Positions 48,523 to 57,306 of a stretch of 57,306 bases of DNA are shown piece after piece. This DNA is from a virus (lineage: Duplodnaviria; Caudoviricetes). Every line of letters begins with the position of its first letter. Within the stretch, counting starts at the first letter, position 1. The position numbers and the translations under genes are program-made. The stretch covers positions 1 through 57,306 of the IMG/VR virus record IMGVR_UViG_3300007778_000005. One strand, written 5' to 3'. The notes under the pieces are model-generated. The model was not told where the DNA came from. It did no database searches and saw nothing but the letters and a program-made list of their open reading frames with translations.

Positions 48523-51500
48523 ATGGCGAATGATAAGAAATTTATAGTCAAAAACGGGCTGCAAACCGAAGAAAATGTAGTTATCGGATCTAATGTCGAT
48601 AATGGAACAGATAAACTACAGGTAACAGGCAGTTCAGCATTTGCTGGTGAAATATCAGCGCAATCATCAAACGCGGCAAGTCCTACTATCACTGTTTCTA
48701 ATAGTGGTGGTGTCAATGCCCAAATTGCTTTATTTAAAGGCGATTCCAATCAGCTTGGTATTATTAATATTGATACCGGTGATTATGCTCTTTTAAACCA
48801 AGCTAATACTGGTATACAATTTAACAGCGATATCGAAGGTTTAAAATTCCTTTTTGAAAATGCTGTTAAATTAGAAATTACTTCTACTGCTATTGATTTC
48901 AAAACAGATCCTACTGTTAATGGCGCTATAATTTGGCATGCTGATAACGATGGTGCAGGATCTGGCTTAGATGCAGATTTAATTGATGGATTAGATTCTA
49001 CTCAGTTCTTGCGTTCTGATGAAAGCGACACCATGACCGGTGACTTAACCATCGATGGTAATCTTACTGTTAATGGTACGACTACTTATATTAATACCGA
49101 AGAGATTCTACTTTCTGATAACATTATCACTCTTAATGCAAATTATACAGGAAGTACTCCAACAGAAAATGCTGGTGTTGAAGTAGAACGTGGCACGTTA
49201 CAAAACGCTAAATTAATTTGGAATGAAGCTTCTGATTACTGGCAAATTGAAACAAACGGTTCAGTTATTGGTCGAGTAATTACTACTGCTGACGAAGCTA
49301 AAAATGGCGGTAATTTTGACGCTGATACTGTTGATGGGTTGCAAGCAACTCAATTTCTACGCTCAGACGTTGATGACACTGCAGCTGGTAACATTAGAAT
49401 TGAAAAAGCGCTTACTGTTGGTAATAATACTCAAGGCGCTTACATTTACATGGACGGCACTGGTAATAACCGTACTATCTATTCTGATGCTGGTGAAATT
49501 GGTTTCCTAAATGGTTCATTTAACTATGCTGCAAAATCAGACGTTAATGATAACTGGATTGTTGGTAATGATGTAAAAGCAAAACGTTTCCTAGATACTG
49601 ATAACGAAAACTGGTTGCTTGATCCATCAGGTACTTCTGTATTAAATGGTATTTTCTTAGGTGGTCGTATTACGCATCTCGATGATGTTGATACTTACCT
49701 AAACTTTAATGCGGAAAATAGTTTTGAAGTTCGCACAGGCGGCGCTCAAAGATTATTAGTTAATGATACATATGTTGAAATTACAAACGAAGCACGTTCA
49801 CCAAAATTTGTAGATTCTGATGATATTAATTTCTATGGTGATTTTGCCGGCGCTTCTCGTGTAAATGACGTATCACTATTTGGCCAAATTATTCATGATG
49901 GCGATACTGATACTTACCTAGATTTCAACGCAGCAGATAGTTTCCAAGTTGTAACTGGTGGTACTGCTCGTTTAACAGTTGCTAATACCGCTGTGACAAC
50001 TGCAGTTGAGCTTGTTGCTCCTAAACTAGTTGATGCCGAAGATCCTAATTTCTATTTAGATCCTAATAGTACTTCAATTCTTAAAAATCTAAATGTTTAC
50101 AGTGGTGCAACTACTGGTGAAATTAACGTCGGTAAAAACGCTACTGAAAGATTTAATCTTTATGTAACAGATGGCCAAGGTTACATTCGTTACTATCAAG
50201 ATGAAAATGATAATACAAACCACTCAGTAAACTTTGAGATCCAATCTTCAAATACTGGCATCAAACAATTTACATTTAACCAAGATGTAAACTTATTATC
50301 TAATAATTTACAAACTAGCGGTGCAGTAATTTCTAGCGCTTCTTACTCATCAATTTATTACGATGCTGACAATGAAATTTACTACGGTGACTTTAATAAT
50401 ACCGGTGTTTCATTAAATCTAGCAGGTCGTGTAAGAGCAGCAACTGGCACATTGGCTCAACCTACATACTCATTTGCTAATGATGCAGATACGGGTATGT
50501 ACCGTTTTTCTGATAACGTACTAGGTTTTGCAGCAGGTGGTAACGACGAATTCCGTGTATACTCTTCTTACACATTATCACCAGGTTCATCTCGCGCTCC
50601 TATTTTCTACGATAGCGATAATACTGGTTATTTCGTAGATCCTGCTGGTCAGTCATCAATGAATATTATTGGTATTGACTCTGATCTATTGCACAACGGT
50701 GATCCTAATACTAAAATAGGATTTACTACTGGTAAAATTCAATTATTTACTAATGGTTCATCTAAATTAACAATAGATACCAACAATGTAGTTTCAAATG
50801 TAAATCTTTACGCTCCACGCTTTTACACTAATGATTACGTTTATCATAACGGTGATGATTCTTACATTGGTTTCAATGCAAACGATACATTTGGTGTATG
50901 GACTGCAAGTGTTAATCGTTTAAGTATTGATACAGACTCTGCTGATTTTTCAGTTAATACATTTGCACCTCGTTTTTACACTAACGATTACTTGGTTCAT
51001 AATGGAGATACAAACACTTATATTGGTTTTGACGCTGATGATAGTTTTGGCATTTGGACAAATGGCACTCAACAAGTAGATGTCAATTCAGCCGGCGCTG
51101 TAGGTATTGGTAGAACAGATCAAACCTACAAATTAGATGTTAGCGATGCTGGTATATCTGTTGCCAGATTTACTGGTGCAAGCGGTGGGGCACATATTTC
51201 ATTAGTATCTGGTACTACTGAGTTTAGAGCAACAGTCAATAACGATTCTGTAGAATTTGGCAGTGAATCAAATGATCCTGTTGAAATTGTAACAAATGGC
51301 ACAACTCGTGTACATATTACAACTGACAACCAAGTTGGTATTAATACAATAGATCCTAAAGGTGCATTGCACATTAATTCGAGTAGTGCGCTAGGATTTA
51401 ACCCATACACTGAAGGTAATAATTTCTTATCTCTTGGAGGAGCAACTCCATCTTATGCATTACGTGGGGATAGCTTTGGTAATATTTGGGTTACAAAACC

Positions 51501-54500
51501 AAGTGGACAATTAATTAATGCAGACGATAATGTAAACATTTTGATGTCTGTTGATTATAATACTGGCGATGTTATTGTTGGCGATCAACAAGCTACTTAT
51601 CCTACAACAGACGCATCCACAACTTATGTAACTACTCCTTCTGCTAATAAATTACATGTTTGGGGTGGTTTACAGTTAAACAATAATACTGACGTAATAA
51701 GTATCGGCCGTGCCTCGGGTGACGCTAATATTAATGAAGCTACTTTTGTTGCTATCAATGAATTAGGATTCTCAGCAGGTGGTGGTTTCTACATGGATGA
51801 TACCGCTACTGTTAAAGTACGCGGTAACAAAGCACTATCAACTTCTGGTAATATTACTGGTGGTACTTTCTACGGTAACAAGTTTATTGATACCGATAAT
51901 AACAACTACTACTTAGATCCAAATTCAACTTCTGTTTTAAATACAGTTGGTATTGATTCCGATCTATTCCATAATGGCGATACTAATACTAAATTAGCAT
52001 TTGCTACAGATAGTGTTACTATTTCAGCAGGTGGCGTTAATTATGTTGCTAATACAACAGTTCTAGATTCTCCATCTAATGTATATGCTCCACGATTCTA
52101 TGATCGTGATGATAATGCATACTATGTAGATGCTGCCGGTGATTCTCAGTTTAATACTATTGATATTGATGATTTCGTCAGACATCGTGGCGATACTAAT
52201 ACTTACATTGGATTTAATGGAGCGGATAACTTCCAAGTTGTAACTGGAGCTTCTCAGAGACTCGGTATAAGCAATTCACTTGCTAGCTTTGGTGTTACCG
52301 TTCGCGGAGTAAATGGTTCTCTTGCTACTCCAGCATACTCGTTTACTGGTGATCCTAATAGCGGCATGTATCTAAATGCTGCAGACGTTATTGGTTTCTC
52401 AGCAGGCGGAAATGACGAGTTTAGAATTCATAACACTTACACTATTTCTCCGGGATCGTCGAGAGCTCCTATCTTCTATGATAGTGATAACACTGCTTTC
52501 TATGCGGATCCAGGTTCTACATCAGTAATGAATGTTGTTCGTGCCAACCAATATCAATTAGATGGCGCTGCAATTCTTATTGATTCTCCCAACGGTGATT
52601 ACGGTTCAATCAAAGTAGAAGGTGATAAAGGCGGATGGGCTGGTTACGCTATTCGTGACGATTATGTATTCATGTCAAATGGCTCATCTAACTTTGGTAT
52701 TTACAACGACACCGATAATGAGTGGATGCTTTACGGTACACGTAATGCTGGTCTAGATCTTTACTACAATGGTACTGTACAGGCTGAAACTGAAAATGGT
52801 TACTTCTTAGCAAATAACCAAATGCGTGCACCTATTTACTATGATAGCAATAATACTGGTTACTATGCAAACTTTGCAGCTGGTAATACTGGAACTTCTA
52901 TCAAAGTAAACGGACAAATTTACCGTGATGGTTTTGCAGCTGGAAATGGCGATAATAATAAATTCCTAGTTGCTGAAGATTATTCTCATTGGATTTGGAA
53001 CACTGCTTCTAACTGGGGTATGTTCTGGGCCGGTAATGATAATGCAGCTTACAGCTACTTTAGCTCATCTAATCCAAATGAAATCGCATTTGTTGGCGGC
53101 GGTAACGTAAGAGCATCTATCGACCTTGACAATGGTAACGCATACTTCCAAGGTGAAGTAATTGGTTCTAACTTTAGAATTAATGGTGGTAACGAAGACC
53201 TAGGTATCCTCAAAACTTACGGTTCTGGTCTTGCTGATGCAATGTTGTTTGATGCTACTGAGTACTGGGATAAGCGCGTTATTCGCCCAATGCAAGGTGC
53301 AGAAAATAATGTAACAAGCTCTTCTGGCGATTGGGTTAAAGCAACTGATGGTCCATATGCTGGTGGCTACGTGTTGCAAACTGGTGGTTATCGTCAATTT
53401 GATTCTGACTACATTCCAGTAGAACCGGGCGAAGAAATTTATGCTGAGATTTCTGCTAGACTAGTTTCTGGTTCGGGCGGTTTATTATATCTTGGTGTTA
53501 GAAGATACGACAAAGATAAGAAACCAATTGCATCTAATGATGGCATTACTTACTTTGCGGCTTCTGCTGCTGATGTAACAAGTACCGGATGGACTACTTA
53601 TAGAGGACATCATACACTACCAACTTCTCATACTCCATACAATGGATCTGACGGCGGTGGTGTTAAGTATGTTCGTCTAATCCTATTAGCGAACTATAGT
53701 TCTGGTGGTGCGGTACGTCAATTTGGACCACCAATTCTTAAGAGATCGAGCTTGCACAGTAATATCAGTGCTGGCGCTGGTAGATTTAGTGGTGATGTAT
53801 ACGCGCCTCGTTACTACGATAGCAATGACACTGGCTACTATGTAGATCCCGCGAGTATATCATATCTAAACGATGTTCGCGCGAATATTTACTACGACCG
53901 TAACAACACTGCTTACTACATGAATCCAGCTTCAGGCGGTAAAGTTACTGGTACTTGGGATTGGACTAATGGTTCCATCGAAAACTTAAATAGCATTTCG
54001 TTCAATGATCCAGGTCCAAATGAAGGTATTCACTGGAAAGGTGGTAACAACTGGAGAATTTACGAATCACCAGACAACCTAAGCACTAATTCAGGTGGTA
54101 ACTTACAAATTCTTTACAATAATAACGCTCTTGGTTTGCGTGTTACTACAAGTGGTGATACTATTGCTGGACGTTATTCATATGCGCAACGTTTCTATGA
54201 TTCAAACGATGGTAACTACTATGTAGATCCTGCTGGAACAAGTATTCTAAATAGAGCTATTTTACGCGCAACTGCTGCACTTGACTTTACTACTACATCA
54301 ACAGCTGTATTAGATCATAATTCTAATTCAACACCAGTTGCATTTAGAATGAACAAAGGCGGTACTACATTATCTGACGGTACAGACTTTGGTGTACTAC
54401 AACTTTCACGTACTAACCACAATAATAACGCTACTGCTGCAGGCGCTGGTTTATACTTTACTCTAAAAGATAGTGCTGGCACATTACGCGAATACGCTGG

Positions 54501-57306
54501 TATCTTAGGTAGAAAAACTGTAGCAGGAACAGGCGGTGGTGAATTACGATTCATGACTTATGGCCGCGCAGTACAAGCTTACTTGAATGCTGATTACTTC
54601 TCTCACGTGTCAGATATTCGTGCACCTATCTTCTATGATAGTAACAATACTGGATACTATGCCGATATGGCTAGTACTTCGATATTTAATGTAATGAGAG
54701 CTAACCAGTATCAAGTTGATGGTTCTACATATTACATCGACAGCTCTAACAGCGACTACGGTTCTATACGCGTAGAAGGTAGAAAGAATGGTTGGTCTGG
54801 TTACGCAATTGAAAATAATTGGGTATTCATGTCTAATGGATCTCCAACATCTGGTATCTTCAATGATACAGATAATAAGTGGGCGATTTTATTTAACAGA
54901 AACTCAGACGTAAATCTTTACTTCAATGGTACTTGGGAAGAGCGTACTCGTTCAGGTTACATGGAAGCTCGTGGTTCTTACCGCGCGCCTATCTTCTACG
55001 ATAGTAACAATACTGCTTACTACGCGAATCCAGCTTCTACATCTAACTTTGCTGGTTTGACTGTAGGTGGCGTAATTACTTCACCGGGTATTACTGGTTA
55101 CTCAAATGCTCTTGTAAGAAGAGATAACAGAACTATCGCACCAAGTGAAGATTTTGCCGGTCAGCTGAAGTTCGGTTTCACTTCATGGGCTAACAACAGC
55201 ACATCGCCATATGCTGATTACTTACACTTAAGATCTTACACCGACGCCTCAGGCGGTAATGATAACTTAGTTACATTCCGCAAAGATAGCATCGGCATGA
55301 GAATTTGGCAGCGCAGCTGGGGTAGTACATCCGCTTATTCTGATTACCGTGATGTTACTCTTTACGGTGTTGGTAATAGTGGTGCTTTATATGCTGGTAT
55401 CTACTACGATGGTAACGATACTAATTACTACATAGATCCTAACTCAACTAGTCAATCTGCTAGACTTAGAGGTAGAATTCTAATCGGTCCAAATACCACT
55501 TGGGGTGATTACTTACAAGTAGGTGGTAATGGTCGCGAATTTATCAACAATCAAAGTTATGCTTCTGTTGTAACTACAGACGGTAACTTGCATTTAGATG
55601 CAGCATCAGCTCATAATACGTATATCAACTACTATGATGGTAGTACTACATACTTCGGAAATGGTGCAAACTCTATTGTAGCAGAGATTAATGGCTCTGG
55701 TTACATGTATTCGCCTCGTTACTATGATCGTAACAATACAGGTTATTATGCAGATCCAGCTTCTACATCTAGAATGTCTGTTGTTGACGCGAATGATTTC
55801 TATAGTCGTGGTTGGTTCCGTAACTACGATTCTGGGGAAGGTTTATACAACCAAGCAACAACCCAACATTTCTATTCTGATAGTGATGATGGTTGGAACA
55901 TTGCCGGTGGTTCAAATGTTAACTGGTTGAGATTCCGTGATGAATACAACGGTACTATTCGCGGTTCTGTATACGCAGAAAACAATAATAATATTGGTTT
56001 CTTGAGCAATTCAGGTAGTTGGGCTCTACGCACAAATAATAGTACTACTGAAATTTATGGTAGCTTGTATGCTAATATTATGTACGACCGCAACAATACT
56101 GGTTACTATGTAGATCCAGCAAGTACATCACAATTGAATACTGTTTATGGAAACAGATTTATTCATAGAGATGATGTGTCGCAAGATGATCAGTTTGGTC
56201 TATACTTCGCATCCGGTCAAAGTACTGCATACGCAATTTACCGTGAAGGTGGTTCTTGGTCTTCCCCATACCCTGATTTGAGAATTGCGTTCCATACCGG
56301 TATTAAGATGGGCGCGAACTCAAGCTACAATGGTATGAGATTCTATAATGATTATACCATGGCAACACAGGTTATGTCAATCAATAATGGCTCTGATGCA
56401 TTAGGTGCCAATAACGTATATGTCAATAATAGCTTGCAAGCGGGTTCATCATTACGTGCTCCTATCTTCTATGATAGCAATAACACTGGCTACTATGTAA
56501 ATCCAAATTCTACTTCGAGTATGAATGTTATTACTGCTGATAGATTTAACATGCGCGACAGAGGTGATTGGATTACTTTCTACGGAGACGATTCTGATTA
56601 TCATGCAATAAGTTCGCGTGATACTGGAGGTAGTACTTCAGATGATATCCGTATTAACTCTTACGGTTCTGTATTCATCAACCTAGATTCTAATAATAAC
56701 AATACTTCTTCTGCAGACTTCCGTATCGGTCGTCACGGTCTTGGTACTAGCTCTATACAGCAGTTGGGATTATTTGATGTATATGGTGATGCGCTATATG
56801 TTTACTCTGCTTATAGCATGCGTTCACCTATCTTCTATGATGCTAATAACAGCGGTTATTATGGTGACTTTGCATCAACATCTCGTTTTAATGCTGTACG
56901 AACTAATGAAAGTTACACTTATGGTTGGTTCCGTAACTATACACAAGGTCGTGGATTATATAACCAAGCAAACGGTTCTCATCTATATTCACCAGCTGCA
57001 CAATACTGGAACTTAACCGGTAATAATAGCAACTCATCTATTAACTTGAGAATGCAATCTGGTTACAACAGTAATACAAGATTGTGGCTACACGGTTCTA
57101 CCGATGGATGGGGTGGTTTCCTTAACACAGCTGGCGCATGGAAATTAAGAACGCGTGTTACTGATGGTTATTCTCCATCATTACAATTCCGTGAAGAAGG
57201 CGATGAATCTTGGACTGGCAACCCAGGTAACGATGTAGGTAAGATTGAATACCACTCTAACAGATTCTACATTGTATCAGGTGGTAACTCTAACCGTATT
57301 GTTCAA
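48523..57306 (+). CDS. Giant long tail fibre protein (at least 2928 aa, 3' end outside window)
   Basis: ATG at 48523 after a GGGGAG SD; MANDKKFIVKNGL...IWHADNDGAGSGLDADLIDG...; about 20 (R/Y)AP.(F/Y)YDSNNT.YY.DPASTS repeats; frame at the window end matches the start (spot-checked, not every codon); missing from the ORF track, presumably because there is no stop. Confidence 0.88.
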   Translation, partial: MANDKKFIVKNGLQTEENVVIGSNVDNGTDKLQVTGSSAFAGEISAQSSNAASPTITVSNSGGVNAQIALFKGDSNQLGIINIDTGDYALLNQANTGIQFNSDIEGLKFLFENAVKLEITSTAIDFKTDPTVNGAIIWHADNDGAGSGLDADLIDGLDSTQFLRSDESDTMTGDLTIDGNLTVNGTTTYINTEEILLSDNIITLNANYTGSTPTENAGVEVERGTLQNAKLIWNEASDYWQIETNGSVIGRVITTADEAKNGGNFDADTVDGLQATQFLRSDVDDTAAGNIRIEKALTVGNNTQGAYIYMDGTGNNRTIYSDAGEIGFLNGSFNYAAKSDVNDNWIVGNDVKAKRFLDTDNENWLLDPSGTSVLNGIFLGGRITHLDDVDTYLNFNAENSFEVRTGGAQRLLVNDTYVEITNEARSPKFVDSDDINFYGDFAGASRVNDVSLFGQIIHDGDTDTYLDFNAADSFQVVTGGTARLTVANTAVTTAVELVAPKLVDAEDPNFYLDPNSTSILKNLNVYSGATTGEINVGKNATERFNLYVTDGQGYIRYYQDENDNTNHSVNFEIQSSNTGIKQFTFNQDVNLLSNNLQTSGAVISSASYSSIYYDADNEIYYGDFNNTGVSLNLAGRVRAATGTLAQPTYSFANDADTGMYRFSDNVLGFAAGGNDEFRVYSSYTLSPGSSRAPIFYDSDNTGYFVDPAGQSSMNIIGIDSDLLHNGDPNTKIGFTTGKIQLFTNGSSKLTIDTNNVVSNVNLYAPRFYTNDYVYHNGDDSYIGFNANDTFGVWTASVNRLSIDTDSADFSVNTFAPRFYTNDYLVHNGDTNTYIGFDADDSFGIWTNGTQQVDVNSAGAVGIGRTDQTYKLDVSDAGISVARFTGASGGAHISLVSGTTEFRATVNNDSVEFGSESNDPVEIVTNGTTRVHITTDNQVGINTIDPKGALHINSSSALGFNPYTEGNNFLSLGGATPSYALRGDSFGNIWVTKPSGQLINADDNVNILMSVDYNTGDVIVGDQQATYPTTDASTTYVTTPSANKLHVWGGLQLNNNTDVISIGRASGDANINEATFVAINELGFSAGGGFYMDDTATVKVRGNKALSTSGNITGGTFYGNKFIDTDNNNYYLDPNSTSVLNTVGIDSDLFHNGDTNTKLAFATDSVTISAGGVNYVANTTVLDSPSNVYAPRFYDRDDNAYYVDAAGDSQFNTIDIDDFVRHRGDTNTYIGFNGADNFQVVTGASQRLGISNSLASFGVTVRGVNGSLATPAYSFTGDPNSGMYLNAADVIGFSAGGNDEFRIHNTYTISPGSSRAPIFYDSDNTAFYADPGSTSVMNVVRANQYQLDGAAILIDSPNGDYGSIKVEGDKGGWAGYAIRDDYVFMSNGSSNFGIYNDTDNEWMLYGTRNAGLDLYYNGTVQAETENGYFLANNQMRAPIYYDSNNTGYYANFAAGNTGTSIKVNGQIYRDGFAAGNGDNNKFLVAEDYSHWIWNTASNWGMFWAGNDNAAYSYFSSSNPNEIAFVGGGNVRASIDLDNGNAYFQGEVIGSNFRINGGNEDLGILKTYGSGLADAMLFDATEYWDKRVIRPMQGAENNVTSSSGDWVKATDGPYAGGYVLQTGGYRQFDSDYIPVEPGEEIYAEISARLVSGSGGLLYLGVRRYDKDKKPIASNDGITYFAASAADVTSTGWTTYRGHHTLPTSHTPYNGSDGGGVKYVRLILLANYSSGGAVRQFGPPILKRSSLHSNISAGAGRFSGDVYAPRYYDSNDTGYYVDPASISYLNDVRANIYYDRNNTAYYMNPASGGKVTGTWDWTNGSIENLNSISFNDPGPNEGIHWKGGNNWRIYESPDNLSTNSGGNLQILYNNNALGLRVTTSGDTIAGRYSYAQRFYDSNDGNYYVDPAGTSILNRAILRATAALDFTTTSTAVLDHNSNSTPVAFRMNKGGTTLSDGTDFGVLQLSRTNHNNNATAAGAGLYFTLKDSAGTLREYAGILGRKTVAGTGGGELRFMTYGRAVQAYLNADYFSHVSDIRAPIFYDSNNTGYYADMASTSIFNVMRANQYQVDGSTYYIDSSNSDYGSIRVEGRKNGWSGYAIENNWVFMSNGSPTSGIFNDTDNKWAILFNRNSDVNLYFNGTWEERTRSGYMEARGSYRAPIFYDSNNTAYYANPASTSNFAGLTVGGVITSPGITGYSNALVRRDNRTIAPSEDFAGQLKFGFTSWANNSTSPYADYLHLRSYTDASGGNDNLVTFRKDSIGMRIWQRSWGSTSAYSDYRDVTLYGVGNSGALYAGIYYDGNDTNYYIDPNSTSQSARLRGRILIGPNTTWGDYLQVGGNGREFINNQSYASVVTTDGNLHLDAASAHNTYINYYDGSTTYFGNGANSIVAEINGSGYMYSPRYYDRNNTGYYADPASTSRMSVVDANDFYSRGWFRNYDSGEGLYNQATTQHFYSDSDDGWNIAGGSNVNWLRFRDEYNGTIRGSVYAENNNNIGFLSNSGSWALRTNNSTTEIYGSLYANIMYDRNNTGYYVDPASTSQLNTVYGNRFIHRDDVSQDDQFGLYFASGQSTAYAIYREGGSWSSPYPDLRIAFHTGIKMGANSSYNGMRFYNDYTMATQVMSINNGSDALGANNVYVNNSLQAGSSLRAPIFYDSNNTGYYVNPNSTSSMNVITADRFNMRDRGDWITFYGDDSDYHAISSRDTGGSTSDDIRINSYGSVFINLDSNNNNTSSADFRIGRHGLGTSSIQQLGLFDVYGDALYVYSAYSMRSPIFYDANNSGYYGDFASTSRFNAVRTNESYTYGWFRNYTQGRGLYNQANGSHLYSPAAQYWNLTGNNSNSSINLRMQSGYNSNTRLWLHGSTDGWGGFLNTAGAWKLRTRVTDGYSPSLQFREEGDESWTGNPGNDVGKIEYHSNRFYIVSGGNSNRIVQ

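Noticed and set aside
49580-56900. Repeated linkers as a shufflon or diversity-generating retroelement
   Set aside because: All repeats are direct and within one ORF; no invertase, reverse transcriptase or adenine-specific TR/VR pair is seen in the window
1-57306. tRNA, rRNA, introns, inteins, homing endonucleases
   Set aside because: Intergenic gaps are all under about 110 nt with no cloverleaf seen; no intein splice motifs or HNH/GIY-YIG/LAGLIDADG ORFs recognised

Overview
Virion morphogenesis (late) region of a large, AT-rich T4-like myophage with a marine/alphaproteobacterial- or cyanophage-type layout; the host cannot be determined from this window. The window opens with the 3' end of an Hsp20 gene and a terminator. 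A minus-strand block follows: gp4, gp2, gp54-like, gp26, gp51 and a gp29-like tape-measure/hub gene. It diverges from a long plus-strand block: gp48, a split gp53, gp27-like, gp5 lacking its lysozyme domain, an M15 peptidase protein, gp25, gp6, gp7, a gp9-like fibre plus an S8 protease, gp8, a VrlC/DUF4815 protein, and about 31 kb of giant fibre/appendage genes. The last gene starts at 48523, is over 2900 aa, runs off the window and is missing from the ORF track. T4-type late promoters (TATAAATA) precede most blocks. The most striking observation is a 3152-aa late-transcribed protein with 12 tandem helical domains that resemble phycobiliprotein globin domains by eye. Eleven keep the bilin-attachment motif C-x-R-D, suggesting a possible chromophore-binding virion appendage (inference, untested). 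All product calls come from motif recognition and synteny, not database searches.
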